Below are positions 1 through 10,408 of a DNA stretch of 64,000 bases, one piece after another. The DNA comes from a virus. The notes below the pieces were generated by a model that saw nothing but the letters and a program-made list of their open reading frames with translations, was not told the origin of the DNA and did no database searches. The translations under genes were made by a program, and so were the position numbers. How positions within the stretch are numbered: position 1 is the stretch's first letter; each line of letters begins with the position of its first letter. The DNA lies in the IMG/VR virus record IMGVR_UViG_3300021387_000118, positions 13,168 through 77,167 of that record; one strand, given 5' to 3'.

Positions 1-4
1 TCAT

Positions 5-1939
5 ATGGACATTGATACATTTATTAATGCCAAAGCAACAGATAAAAACAAACTTAACCATTTTAATTTATCGGTTATGGTTGATGACGATTTTATTTCT
101 GCCGTTAGAAAAGACGAGAATATTTGGCTTCATCATCCAGTATATGATGAAAATGGTAATGTGTTAAAAGATCCAGATAAGTGGATATATAGTAAACAAG
201 TATCGGCTAAAAAAATTTGGGATGAAATTATTCAGAAAGCATACGATAACGGCGAGCCTGGAATATTTTTCCTAGATAATTTAAATAGAGATAATAATAT
301 CTGGTATATAGAGAAGATAGTTTGCACTAACCCATGTTCGGAATATCTTGCTGGAACTCTTTATGGTAACAATCCAATTACTGGAGAACCAATTAATCCT
401 AAAGAATATGGTGGAGCTTGTAACCTTGGAAGTCTTTTCTTACATAGGTTTGTTGTAGATGCTTTTACTAACAATGCTCATATTAATTGGGAATTATTAA
501 AAGCAACGATTGAAACAGCAGTGAGAATGCTTGACAATATTATTGACATTAATAAGTTCCCGGATCCGATATATGAAAACTATCAGAAACATTTCAGGAC
601 TATCGGCTTGGGTTTCACGGGTCTAGGCGATTGTTTGGCAATGCTTAATTTAAAATATAACACCAAAGAAGCAAGAGATTATGTAGATAATCTTGTCGAG
701 TTCATTGCATTAAATGCATATAAGGCATCAATAGAACTAGCTAAAGAACGTGGCTCATTTGATTTTCTTGATAGAGAAAAATTTGTGCAGAGTGGATATA
801 TTCTTAAGCATTGTAAAGAAATTGATAGTTCATGGCGTGAAGTAAAAGAAGATATACTTAAATATGGTATTCGTAATGCCAAAATTCTTTCTGTGGCCCC
901 AGTAGGAACACTTAGCATTACATTTGGTAATAATTGTTCTTCTGGTTTGGAACCTATTTTCAGCCTTGAATATGAGCGAAGAGTAAAGATCGGTGGACAG
1001 ACAGAAGAAAATGAAAAGATTGTGCCGATGCGTGATTATGCGTATGGTAAATGGTTAGAGGTTAAAGACCGTCCAACCACGGTAGTTAAGAAAGATGTGT
1101 TCGTTACCGCTTTAGAAATGGATGTTGATGATCATATTGATATGCTCGGCGTTATTGCTAAACATATTGATATGTCTTGCTCTAAAACAATTAATGTTCC
1201 AGAAGATTACTCTTTTGAAAAAACTAAAGAGATTTATATGAAGTGCCATGACCTTGGAATTAAAGGCTGCACCATATTTAGACCAAACCCGCTCAGACAG
1301 GGGGTACTATTAACAAAGAAAGAAGATAAGAAACAATTCACCAATAATTCTATCGAATACACCGAGGATACATTACCTCGTGGCGTAGTTATTAAAGCTG
1401 ATGATAATTGTGTTGGCAAAAAAAGAACGCTTATAACTGGCTGTGGTACACTTCATTGTGAAGCATTCTTTGATCCATACACTGGAGCATTATTGGAAAC
1501 ATATTTTTCAAAAGGTAGTGAGGGTGGTTGTAATTCATTTATGGTCGCTTTGTCAAGAATGATTTCTTTAGCTTCTAGAGCCGGAGTAAGCATTGATTAT
1601 ATTATTGATCAGTTAGAATCAACAATTATTTGTGCATCATATGCTGTCCGTTCTGCTAAAAAACATGATACAAGTAAAGGTAATTGCTGTCCTAGTGCAA
1701 TTGGTAAAGCATTAAAGGATATGTATGAAGAAATGCAGGAAGAAATTAATGGTGACGATGACGATGACGAAGAGGATGAAACAATTCCTACTGCTGTCAA
1801 TAAGACACTAAATGAAGAAGTATCAAATATGACGGTCATAGAAGATAATAATGATAAATGTCCTGAATGTGGAGCCAAAGTTGAACATATTGGTGGATGC
1901 GTACAATGTCCTCAGTGTGCATGGAGTCGTTGCGGTTAA
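5..1939 (+). CDS. nrdJ: Class II (adenosylcobalamin-dependent) ribonucleotide reductase, 5'-truncated by window edge
   Basis: The ORF is open from the window start and has no in-frame TAG. Motifs TNPCSE and CNLGS lie ~11 aa apart, as in monomeric class II RNRs (thiyl-radical Cys and partner Cys). The C-terminus is a CxxC..CxxC zinc ribbon (CPECG...CVQCPQC). TAA stop at 1937-1939. Confidence 0.75.
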   Translation: MDIDTFINAKATDKNKLNHFNLSVMVDDDFISAVRKDENIWLHHPVYDENGNVLKDPDKWIYSKQVSAKKIWDEIIQKAYDNGEPGIFFLDNLNRDNNIWYIEKIVCTNPCSEYLAGTLYGNNPITGEPINPKEYGGACNLGSLFLHRFVVDAFTNNAHINWELLKATIETAVRMLDNIIDINKFPDPIYENYQKHFRTIGLGFTGLGDCLAMLNLKYNTKEARDYVDNLVEFIALNAYKASIELAKERGSFDFLDREKFVQSGYILKHCKEIDSSWREVKEDILKYGIRNAKILSVAPVGTLSITFGNNCSSGLEPIFSLEYERRVKIGGQTEENEKIVPMRDYAYGKWLEVKDRPTTVVKKDVFVTALEMDVDDHIDMLGVIAKHIDMSCSKTINVPEDYSFEKTKEIYMKCHDLGIKGCTIFRPNPLRQGVLLTKKEDKKQFTNNSIEYTEDTLPRGVVIKADDNCVGKKRTLITGCGTLHCEAFFDPYTGALLETYFSKGSEGGCNSFMVALSRMISLASRAGVSIDYIIDQLESTIICASYAVRSAKKHDTSKGNCCPSAIGKALKDMYEEMQEEINGDDDDDEEDETIPTAVNKTLNEEVSNMTVIEDNNDKCPECGAKVEHIGGCVQCPQCAWSRCG

Positions 1940-1950
1940 GGAGGAGTAAA

Positions 1951-2274
1951 ATGAGAATTCTTTATGTTGAGTCAGTGCCAAGTGGATTAAAAATATTCCT
2001 TATAGTATTTCTACTCATAGCATGCATAATAACTGGAGCATACAGTGTCAATACATGGATAGATCGCACAATTAAATCGGCAATTATTTCTACGGCAATA
2101 TTTGTTGTTTCCTTAACTGGAATAGTATTAGTCTCAACACTTATGCCAGAATATCTGCCTAATAAATACATTTATTATGTAGAAGTAACTGATGAAGAGA
2201 ATATAAGTGAATTATTAAAAGATTACAATATCATAGAAACGTATGGATCTATTTATAAAATAGAGGATAAATAA
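1951..2274 (+). CDS. Small membrane protein (two predicted TM helices)
   Basis: ATG at 1951 is preceded by RBS AAGGAGGAG. Hydrophobic segments LKIFLIVFLLIACIITGAY and AIISTAIFVVSLTGIVLV. TAA stop. Confidence 0.55.
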   Translation: MRILYVESVPSGLKIFLIVFLLIACIITGAYSVNTWIDRTIKSAIISTAIFVVSLTGIVLVSTLMPEYLPNKYIYYVEVTDEENISELLKDYNIIETYGSIYKIEDK

Positions 2275-2286
2275 CAGGAGTAAATA

Positions 2287-2658
2287 ATGGAATTTGGAAA
2301 CATGATTTTCGGATATTCACGGGGACAATATAGCGTTCCCCGTGGAATCTGGGAAGAACGATTTTATCAATTTTTAGAAAAAATCAACTCTGACAATTAT
2401 GGATATGCCAATGATCAGCACCATCCAAATGTCAATTCTCGCGGTGGATTTGAAACAACATTATTTACTATTAATCCATATTGGTGGGGAAGTTATGACG
2501 ATGACGAAGTTGGTAAACCCAATTTTATTTATCATCCAACAGGATATCATCTCACCTGGTACAAATATCCATTGAGAGATGCTTATGCTAATCAGAAAAT
2601 GACATATAAAGAATTTGATTTAATGTTGAAAGATTGTGAGGGATGTTATCATGGGTGA
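2287..2658 (+). CDS. Hypothetical protein
   Basis: RBS AACAGGAGTAAATAATGG; 123-aa uninterrupted ORF; no recognisable motif. Confidence 0.5.
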   Translation: MEFGNMIFGYSRGQYSVPRGIWEERFYQFLEKINSDNYGYANDQHHPNVNSRGGFETTLFTINPYWWGSYDDDEVGKPNFIYHPTGYHLTWYKYPLRDAYANQKMTYKEFDLMLKDCEGCYHG

Positions 2659-2889
2659 TGGTGAAGAAGAAGAATATGGCTGCTACGGCGATAATAATGA
2701 AGACAACGAAGACGAAGAGTGGGATGATTAAAATATGGGAGTAATTATAGCCGGAGTTGATTGTGACGATTGTATTTACTCCACCATTGATGATACTGAC
2801 AAGGCTCGTATAAAAGTTTATTGCGATGCTAGGGATAAACAGTATTGGTGGGGTCAAAGTATTCAATGTGAAGATAAGGAGAAAGAAAA

Positions 2890-3090
2890 GTGAACCCAGT
2901 ATTTGTGTTTTTAGTAATTTTAGGGGCTGCATTTTTATGGCTTCTTCTTTCTGGGTTGTTTAGGTTTGTTGGTAGTTTGACTCAGCATACTATTGAGAAA
3001 ACAAAAGATGCATTAGAAAATGATGATATTGGCAAACCAGAATCATTTCTTAATGGTTTTAAAAGTTCATTTAGAAAGGATAATGAGTAA
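2890..3090 (+). CDS. Small membrane protein (GTG start), possible NfeD-like partner of the SPFH protein
   Basis: RBS AAGGAGAAAGAAAAG is followed by GTG. N-terminal TM segment VFVFLVILGAAFLWLLLSGLF. The gene sits immediately upstream of, and is translationally coupled to, the SPFH gene (TAATG overlap at 3087-3092). Confidence 0.45.
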   Translation: MNPVFVFLVILGAAFLWLLLSGLFRFVGSLTQHTIEKTKDALENDDIGKPESFLNGFKSSFRKDNE

Positions 3091-4073
3091 TGAAAAAGGG
3101 TACTATTGGTGGAATTGTACTTGGAGTAGTAATTTTAATTTGTTTAATTATTGGATTTTCATGTGCTAAGAAGGTTCCGGCTGGATATGTTGGAATTATT
3201 TACAGTATGAATGGTGGTATTTCTGATGAAGTTCTTACACAAGGATGGCATATTATATCACCTACAAAGGAAGTAACACTATATTCGATTGGTATTGAGC
3301 AGTCCTATCTTACTGCCGGAAAAGATGGCGATTCAGAGGGTGATGATAGTTTTGAAGTTCCCTCATCAGATGGTAAAGGGTTGAAAGTGGATCTTACATT
3401 TACTTATAGATATGATGCTAATAAAGTTACTAGCTTGTTCACCAGGTTCAAGGGGCAGTCTGGTAAAGGTGTAAGAGATTCATTTATTAAACCCAACATT
3501 ATCTCATGGACAAAAGAAGTTACAGCAAAATACCCTGTAACTGATATTCTTGGTGATGAAAGAGCAAATCTTAATAAAGCAGTATCTGACTATATTAGAG
3601 AAAAATTTGAACCTTATGGAATCATTATTGAAAATGTTAGCTTAATTGATATTGATGCTGATGATGAAACAAGAGCCTCTGTTCAGAGAAAAGTAAATGC
3701 CCAACAAGAATTAGAACTTGCACAGATCGAACAAAAGACAGCCAATGTCCAGGCCCAGAAAGATAAGGAAGTTGCCCTTGTTAAAGCAGAACAGGATAAA
3801 GAGACTGCTTTAATTGCCGCAAACCAGGAGAAAGAAGTAGCTGCGATCAATGCCGAAAAAGCAAAGATTAAAGCAGAAGGTGAAGCTGAAGCAGCAAAGA
3901 TTAAAGCTGAAGCAGAAGCTGAAGCTAATAAGAAAATTGCAGAATCATTAACACCTGAACTTATTGAGAATAATAAGATAAATAAGTGGAATGGTACTGT
4001 TCCGGCGGTATCTGGATCTGGTGCAACAATTGTTGATGTTGGAAATATTACACAACAGAACGATGCGGAATAA
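3090..4073 (+). CDS. SPFH/band-7 (stomatin/prohibitin-like) membrane protein with C-terminal coiled coil
   Basis: N-terminal TM segment (GGIVLGVVILICLIIGF), a body typical of the SPFH domain, then a long E/A/K-rich coiled coil (QQELELAQIEQKTANVQAQKDKEVALVKAEQDKE...AEGEAEAAKIKAEAEAEA). Confidence 0.55.
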   Translation: MKKGTIGGIVLGVVILICLIIGFSCAKKVPAGYVGIIYSMNGGISDEVLTQGWHIISPTKEVTLYSIGIEQSYLTAGKDGDSEGDDSFEVPSSDGKGLKVDLTFTYRYDANKVTSLFTRFKGQSGKGVRDSFIKPNIISWTKEVTAKYPVTDILGDERANLNKAVSDYIREKFEPYGIIIENVSLIDIDADDETRASVQRKVNAQQELELAQIEQKTANVQAQKDKEVALVKAEQDKETALIAANQEKEVAAINAEKAKIKAEGEAEAAKIKAEAEAEANKKIAESLTPELIENNKINKWNGTVPAVSGSGATIVDVGNITQQNDAE

Positions 4074-4420
4074 TGATGGAACCTAAGAAATATAAATTTG
4101 AGAAAGGTGTTCCCGCTGAGACTATGATAAAATCTGGGTTTAGGCTTCGCGGGAGTCACTTCTCTTATAGAACAACTTTATACGAATATGATAATACTAA
4201 ACAACCATATGTTGAAATGAATATCTGGATTGAAAATGGAGTGCACATGACAATTGAAGTATTCTGTAATACTGGAATATATATCCCGTTTTATAATCCA
4301 AATATGAGACATGATAATCTAGTATATGAAAAGATTGTTAGCAATTATAACAACATTATGGATAGGTTTTGTAAGAAGAAAATATTAAAACATGATAGGA
4401 GAAAACATGGTGAGGATTAA
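4073..4420 (+). CDS. Hypothetical protein
   Basis: 115-aa ORF coupled to the upstream stop (TAATGATGG); no motif recognised. Confidence 0.45.
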   Translation: MMEPKKYKFEKGVPAETMIKSGFRLRGSHFSYRTTLYEYDNTKQPYVEMNIWIENGVHMTIEVFCNTGIYIPFYNPNMRHDNLVYEKIVSNYNNIMDRFCKKKILKHDRRKHGED

Positions 4421-4847
4421 TTTTAGAAAAATTGATAAGAATGCAACTGTTCCGAAGAGAGGAAGCAACGAAGCTGCCGGATACGATTTGTATGCAGATG
4501 TGGATGATATTATTGAGGTTATGCCTCATAGCACAGTAAAGATCGGAACTGGATTGGCGATGGAAATTCCCGATGGATATTTTGGAGCGATTTTTGCACG
4601 ATCTGGTCTTGCTACTAAAGAAGGACTTAGACCAAGCAATTGCGTGGGCGTTTGCGATCAAGATTTCCGGGGAGAGGTCGTTGTTGCTCTTCATAACGAT
4701 AGTGATACATCTAGGTTTATTACTCCTAACGAAAGAATTGCTCAGTTGGTTATTATTCCTTACCTTGAAGTAGAATTCAACGAAGTAGAAAAACTTAATA
4801 CAACAAGTAGAGGGACTGGTGGATTTGGTAGTACAGGAAGAGAATAA
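4407..4847 (+). CDS. dut: dUTP diphosphatase (dUTPase)
   Basis: Canonical trimeric dUTPase motifs in order: AGYDL, RSGLA, GVCDQDFRGEVVV, RIAQLVI, and the C-terminal RGTGGFGSTG. Likely start is the ATG at 4407, after RBS TAGGAGAAAAC. Confidence 0.85.
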   Translation: MVRINFRKIDKNATVPKRGSNEAAGYDLYADVDDIIEVMPHSTVKIGTGLAMEIPDGYFGAIFARSGLATKEGLRPSNCVGVCDQDFRGEVVVALHNDSDTSRFITPNERIAQLVIIPYLEVEFNEVEKLNTTSRGTGGFGSTGRE

Positions 4848-5016
4848 CCAATGTCCATACTGTGGTAATGAGTTAACAATTGTGGAACTCAATACTGCAT
4901 GCGGAAGATATTGGTATCAAGAATGTTTCGATTGCGGATGGTGCGGAGAGGAACACTATAGTAAAGATTTTTATTTTGGCGATCCAGATTTGGAGTGGGA
5001 TGATTTATGGGAATGA
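4819..5016 (+). CDS. Small zinc-ribbon protein
   Basis: CPYCG...CFDCGWCG four-Cys motif in a 65-aa ORF overlapping the dut 3' end. Confidence 0.4.
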   Translation: MDLVVQEENNQCPYCGNELTIVELNTACGRYWYQECFDCGWCGEEHYSKDFYFGDPDLEWDDLWE

Positions 5017-5432
5017 CTGTGATATTTATTATTTTATTAATCATATCACTTATGATATTTGCAATATTATTGATACATTTTGGAATTACCTTATTCGATT
5101 ATCATCAAGGAATCAACGATGAACAAACAATGACATTCAAACAATTTGAAAATCTATATTATACTAATCCAGACAAATGGATGTTTAAAGATTATTCCAT
5201 ACCATATGTTAGTTACTATTATGAGGGTAATAGTTACACCGACATATATATGTCGCACTATCTGGATTCAATAAAATTAAAAAAGATGTTTGCCAATATC
5301 AAGGATAAACTTAAAGAAAAGGAAAAAATTGAAGAGCGTAAAGATCTATTAAAATACTGGCAGAAAGATATTGATGATTATAACAATAAAATATTAAAAG
5401 AAATGAAAGGATTATTGAAAAATGAAAATTAG
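5007..5432 (+). CDS. Membrane protein, hypothetical
   Basis: N-terminal TM helix (VIFIILLIISLMIFAILLIHFGI) followed by a K/E-rich tail. Confidence 0.5.
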   Translation: MGMTVIFIILLIISLMIFAILLIHFGITLFDYHQGINDEQTMTFKQFENLYYTNPDKWMFKDYSIPYVSYYYEGNSYTDIYMSHYLDSIKLKKMFANIKDKLKEKEKIEERKDLLKYWQKDIDDYNNKILKEMKGLLKNEN

Positions 5433-5652
5433 TCATATTAGAGACATTGATAAATTTTTTAAAGTAATTGATTCATGTACCGGAAAGGTGGAATTGATCG
5501 GCGAAGATCTCCGGCTGAACCTTAAGAGCAATCTTGCCAAATACTTTGCCCTTGCAAATATCTTTAATGGTGGTGAAGAAATTCCCGAATTAGAGATTGT
5601 GGCATACAACCAGGAAGATATTAATAGGCTGATCCAGTATATGATTGGATAA
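5422..5652 (+). CDS. Hypothetical protein upstream of integrase (excisionase/accessory candidate)
   Basis: 76-aa ORF directly upstream of int; no confident motif. Confidence 0.35.
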   Translation: MKISHIRDIDKFFKVIDSCTGKVELIGEDLRLNLKSNLAKYFALANIFNGGEEIPELEIVAYNQEDINRLIQYMIG

Positions 5653-5663
5653 TTTATTAAACA

Positions 5664-5700
5664 AAGTCGGCGGATCAATTAGGTTCGCCGATATTTATAA
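5664..5700 (+). terminator. Putative rho-independent terminator
   Basis: GTCGGCG...CGCCGAT hairpin followed by TATTTAT. Confidence 0.35.
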
Positions 5701-5766
5701 GGATGTGATTTTATAGATAAGAAAGAACTTGAAAACATCCTTTCTGCTACTACCGAATATAAAGAA

Positions 5767-7023
5767 ATGTTGCAGTTATTTTTAAATAATGATATGATCA
5801 CATCGGAAACTGCGCAGGATTTATACATGGCAATTAGAAGAAAGGAGATACTAAAAAAATATAAACCGAGTTTAGGAAGCGATGGATTATGGTATGTCAA
5901 CATCAGATTTGCTCGTGGACCATCTGGCAGAAAAACCATTAGGAAAAAAGATCTGGATGAATTAGAAAATGAAATTGTCAAATTCGTTCTGAATAATGAA
6001 AACGCCAGACAACCGTTTGAGAAGAAGACGGTGGAATTTTTTCCGTATAGTTCTGCATTTACCAACTGGCTGAAAGCGCAGCATTATAAAAATCACAATA
6101 CCGAACAGCGCAATATGCGGGAGTATAAACGCTTCTTTGAGCGTCTTAAAGTCGGTCGGGAAATAGCTGACAAGGATATTAGAGATATAAAACCTTCAGA
6201 TATTGAGGGCTTTATGATTGAAGCTATTACTAAATACAATCTCACATCAAGGAAATCACGGGAAGATTATCATATGTTCTTTGAGTGTGTATATGAACAG
6301 GCTATCATCGACAGATTTATTCAGACGACAGATAACCCATGTGTTCTAATCCAGAAGAACAGGTTTTTGCAGTACGCCAGAAAAGAGATTTTTAATGACT
6401 CTGAACGTACAATCTCAGATAATGTTTCTGCGATTATTCAAGATGCTGTAGATAACGACCATTTTAAGAAAGAAGATTATATGCCGCCTTATGCCTGTGA
6501 ACTTTCAGCACTGACAGGATTAAGGTGTGGCGAACTTGCTGGCTTATTGTGGAAAGATGTTGACGAAAGTTTAGGACACATCAAAATTTGCCGAAGTCAG
6601 AAATATGATGAGAAAAATAAATCATATTATCTGGACGAAACAAAAAATGGGGTAATCAGGTATATCCCAATCACAGATGAAGTGCAACGTGTGTTGAATA
6701 GGATAAAAGCAATTCAAAAAACATATGGTCGTACTGGAGATTATGTTTTTTCAACATCAAAAGGCGCAGCCAATAACCGCCAGATCAGCGATTATATGTT
6801 TAATAAGAAGAAGCAGTATAAAATAAAACAGCCAATCAGCATTCACGCACAGCGCAGGACAATCAACAGCCGCATGGAAAATGCCGGAGTTTCGGCGGCA
6901 GTCCGTGCATCATTGCTTGGTCATACGGAGAGAACAAATATCAGTAACTATTCTTATGATGTTTCGTCATTAGACTACAAACGTGATGCTCTCTCGAAGG
7001 CTAGTATTGCACACAAAACCTGA
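5767..7023 (+). CDS. int: Tyrosine recombinase / phage integrase
   Basis: Box I LTGLRCGELAGLLWKDVD (catalytic Arg), HAQRRT (H-x-x-R), LLGH and the catalytic Tyr in SNYSY. N-terminal SAM-like arm-binding region. No in-frame TAG. An alternative start is the ATG at 5827 (AGGA spacer). TGA stop. Confidence 0.85.
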   Translation: MLQLFLNNDMITSETAQDLYMAIRRKEILKKYKPSLGSDGLWYVNIRFARGPSGRKTIRKKDLDELENEIVKFVLNNENARQPFEKKTVEFFPYSSAFTNWLKAQHYKNHNTEQRNMREYKRFFERLKVGREIADKDIRDIKPSDIEGFMIEAITKYNLTSRKSREDYHMFFECVYEQAIIDRFIQTTDNPCVLIQKNRFLQYARKEIFNDSERTISDNVSAIIQDAVDNDHFKKEDYMPPYACELSALTGLRCGELAGLLWKDVDESLGHIKICRSQKYDEKNKSYYLDETKNGVIRYIPITDEVQRVLNRIKAIQKTYGRTGDYVFSTSKGAANNRQISDYMFNKKKQYKIKQPISIHAQRRTINSRMENAGVSAAVRASLLGHTERTNISNYSYDVSSLDYKRDALSKASIAHKT

Positions 7024-7200
7024 TACGTAAACCTGATACGTAAGGTATGACTAACCGCAAGAAATAGCTTAAATACAATGAAAATTGATCTTCAGGGCGG
7101 GGCGCAATTCCCCTAATCGTATTTAAGAAAAAACCTTGATTATTCAACGAAAATCAGACCTCGATTTTGCGATTTTACCCTGATACGCCTGATACGTGAA
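7019..7200. other. Candidate attP: CTGATACG direct repeats (two tandem pairs) flanking a GC-rich core
   Basis: CCTGATACGTAA occurs twice in tandem at 7019-7042 and CCTGATACGCCTGATACGTG at 7178-7196. They flank an unusually GC-rich segment (GGGCGGGGCGCAATTCCCC) immediately downstream of int. Confidence 0.4.
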
Positions 7201-7325
7201 AATGACCACATAGAAAGGAGAAGCGCAGTTTCCTTCCTATTGTTTCCATATTTATTTATTCACATAAATAAGTTGACTTGTGTGATTAAATAAGTATGGA
7301 AAACGCATAAAAAATCGTAAAAAAT

Positions 7326-7351
7326 GGGGTTATCCAATTAAGGACAACCCC
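7326..7351. terminator. Bidirectional rho-independent terminator (end of the minus-strand late/lysis operon)
   Basis: GGGGTTATCC...GGACAACCCC hairpin with TTTAT on the plus side and ATTTTTTACGATTTTTT on the minus side. Lies just downstream of the last minus-strand gene. Confidence 0.5.
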
Positions 7352-7391
7352 TTTATAGTCAACTCAGTTTGCCGAGTAACTGAGCTATGAA

Positions 7392-8162
7392 TCATACTTC
7401 AATAATATCTGCATTAAAACCATTCTACCTCAGGAGCGTTTGACGTTCCTTGGCATTAGCTAATTTACTATATGAACCGCAATATACATATGTTTGATTA
7501 TTATTAACCTCGGTAAAACAGTCGAGATTGAGTTTGATCTTAATCCTCTGCTGAATAATAGTAACGTTTTCCGGTATAGAATAAATCCCAACTCTTACAC
7601 GAAAGTTCTTAGGTTTAGGCTGATCCCTCAGGCGAAGAATATACATAACCTTAGCATTAGGATGAGCAAGACTGCCGATCCATTTTATGTAGGTCGCGCC
7701 CTCACCAGATTCACCCCCAGTAAATGCATGTCCAGTGTCGTAGCTCTTTCCATTGCCATAATAAGCATTCGTATGAGACATACTAACATAAGTCAACACA
7801 TCTCCTGGCAGAAGAGTACCATCATTCATTAACTGCTTGACGGTCTTCTTACCCTTGATAGAGATAATCTTAAAATACTTCTTACAATCTTCTTTAGCCG
7901 TAGAATTCAGCCACACAATTTTTCCCGCACCACCATACCATTGAAGCGCACTTGCGGGAACTCCTGCTCCTTTCATGGCAAATATTACGCCGCCAGCACA
8001 ATTCGTATATCTCATATTTGCTTTACGGGTAGCTTCGAAAGTAGGTTTACTTCGATGGCTGCTATTATTATAATATTTCCAAGGCTTACCATCAGCCTTA
8101 TCCTATTTAACAATCTTATTATATTCTTTACACTTAGCAAGAAAGTTTTCAACTAAACTCAT
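7392..8162 (-). CDS. CHAP/NlpC-P60-like peptidoglycan peptidase (lysin), two in-frame TAGs
   Basis: RBS AAGGGGGAA precedes the ATG at 8162. The frame is continuous through TAG at 8103-8105 and 7425-7427 and ends at TGA 7392-7394. Motifs: Cys in YTNCAGGV, LLPGDVLTY, His in HTNAYYG. Confidence 0.55.
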
Positions 8163-8176
8163 ACCAACATTCCCCC

Positions 8177-9976
8177 TTAAATGGTTACAACAACACAATC
8201 AAATCCCTTAGACATGATTCTGCTACATAATTTATCTGCATTTTGTAATATCTCAAATTTCCCCGCCTAAACATACCACTGATCATCCTGCTGATACATA
8301 AGCGCATCAAAGCCGGATTTCTTTAATTTCTCTATTAATTTAGTAGCGTTCTATTTCTTGGTAAAGATCCCACACCGAACCTAGTATTGAGTAGATGGCT
8401 TAGATGGCTCAGAAGCTATTGTTTTAGCGTCTATCGTAGCAATAGCATATATCTGGTTACCCTCTGGATCAAAGACGCTTAAATGGGCTTTCTCGGCGGC
8501 TGCAATGGCATTCTCTTTAACAGTGTAAGCGCCAATTTGTCCAATATATGTCCCATTGGAATATGATTGAGCTACACGGTAATAGTTGTCTTTTATTTCT
8601 TGTGGAGTAACAGGTGCAGCACTTGAAACGGTATCAACCGTGCCATTTGAGATTGCGATCTGATCGTACTTGGTCAAATTATACTAATTAATTATGCGCA
8701 TTACACTAGTTATGTATGTCAGCCCTGTAGCATAACCTTTGTCTCGAATATAAGTAATCATTTGTTTAGGATCTTTCATTCCGACTACCGCACGATATTT
8801 ATATTCTCCACCTTGTTTTGCCCAGGTTAAGAACATTTCGTAATCATATAATGAATAAGCATAATTAGGATAAACTCTAAAATAGTCATTAATCCTTACG
8901 GCTACACCATTATATACTTCTGGAGTGTTTTTTAGAATTTGTTTCCCATCCCAGACGGTATAGTCTTTCCAGGTATCGTTGAGCAATGAACTTTTAATAC
9001 CCACAAGATTATTATTTTGTGTTAATACTAATGCATCACTAGCAGTTCCACCACCATTTTCAAGATAAGCCTATGCAATAACAACGGATGGCAAAATATT
9101 TGTATACTTATATAACTTCACACAAATTTCAGCAACCTTATTGATATAATCCTGTTGATTAACTGGCAATCCTTTGTAATCTGGCATTTCAGATAATATT
9201 TTCTGATTACGTTTTTGAATATCAGAGAGTTCTACAGTATATACCGCTTTCCCTTGGTAATCAAAAATTGAATAGCCAGCAGGACACTGAGACTTAGCTA
9301 TAGATAAATCTTTGAATGCTCCAAGCTATGATTTTTCATCTTCCCACGATTTGCGAATACGATACCATTTAACCTCTTCGGTGGTAGTAGCAACTCCATT
9401 CATAGCATTGGCAACATCTGCTCTAAACTTATCCATTGTCCATCCATAGCGGTTCCATATATGAGTTGGATCAACATGATTAGTGGATAAACCAGCTCTT
9501 CTACCTTCATCATGAGAGTATACTCTATATAATCCATTGCTCATTTTTTCTTGAGGATTCCAGCCATATTCCTTACATTTAAGTGCAAAGAATTGAACGG
9601 CAGTATTATACGCTCTAGTTACATCAGCTTTAAATTTCGCTTCATTAGTAACAGTGTAATTTGCACCTCCAGTATATTTCATATAATCTGATTCCATAAG
9701 TTCTACTGTAATAGAGTTATTGTTTCCAACACCACCATCTGCCCAGCTCCTACGATTATCTGGCAAAAACTGTAATACTAATCCATCTTGTTCAGCATCA
9801 ATACAATAATGAACACATGCTTGAATACCAGACTAATTCCAATAAGATGCGAGAGAAGCAGCAGTATTCTGTGCGGTACCAATCGTATGTAACTACATTG
9901 AATTGGGCGTGATTGTACGACCTGACTTATAACAATCATTCTTAGTAAGAATATTATTTTTAATTGTAATACTCAT
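8177..9976 (-). CDS. Multi-domain endolysin: N-acetylmuramoyl-L-alanine amidase (Amidase_2) + glucosaminidase + SPOR-like wall-binding repeats; several in-frame TAGs
   Basis: RBS AAGGAGG before the ATG at 9976. N-terminus KSGRTITPNSM(TAG)LHTIGT plus NNNSITVELME and SHDEGRRA..THIW match the Amidase_2/PGRP fold. The middle (NLVGIKS...KGYATGLTYITSVMRIINQY) resembles glucosaminidase PF01832. The C-terminus has YYRVAQS.. and QQDDQWYV repeats. Fragments 9326-9766, 8684-9004 and 8381-8677 share one frame joined by TAG. Real TAA stop at 8177. Confidence 0.75.
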
Positions 9977-9977
9977 T

Positions 9978-10172
9978 GTAATTCCTCCTTTAAATAAGAC
10001 GTTCGATTTTTGTTAGAAATATTATTTATCCACATAATATAATTCTATACTTTATCATATTCTTTTACTACTTTACGTAATGGACCGACTAATAATCCAT
10101 CTTTATATAATATATTCTTTATTTCATTAGTAACTGGATCTTTCGTATACATAATAACATTATCGCCCATAA
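9978..10172 (-). CDS. Small hypothetical protein (one in-frame TAG), first gene of the lysis transcription unit
   Basis: RBS AAGGAGAAC before the ATG at about 10172. 64 codons with a TGA overlapping the amidase ATG (CAATGAGT). Confidence 0.35.
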
Positions 10173-10224
10173 TTGTTCTCCTTATAAAAATCTCAAAAAT
10201 GATAAAAATCTCATTTTTAGAATT

Positions 10225-10244
10225 TGCAAAAAAGCAATTTTGCT
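10225..10244. promoter_or_regulatory. Overlapping palindromes GCAAAAaagcaaTTTTGC / AAGCAAttTTGCTT in the promoter region of the lysis cassette
   Basis: Perfect 6-bp inverted repeats in the 235-bp AT-rich gap between the regulator stop (10409) and the small-gene/amidase unit. Operator-like. Confidence 0.3.
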
Positions 10245-10408
10245 TTTCTTCTGAAATCCGTAATTACAAAAACACCCATAAATACTAGGGTTTTAAAAAA
10301 CAAAATTGTTTCAATAAAAGCATTTTTGCTCTGATGTAAAACGTTAAAAAACCCATATATATTAATAGTTTCTGACATTAATACCCGTCGGAAAACCTCT
10401 GTATAGTC

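Noticed and set aside
2650-2893. Two tiny plus-strand ORFs (26-aa acidic peptide; ~49-aa Cys-containing peptide)
   Set aside because: Too short and without clear RBSs to call with confidence; they could be genuine small early proteins.
7081-7140. GC-rich segment tested as a possible tRNA 3' fragment in the attP region
   Set aside because: No TTCGAAT-like T-loop or acceptor pairing could be found. Retained only as a possible attP core.
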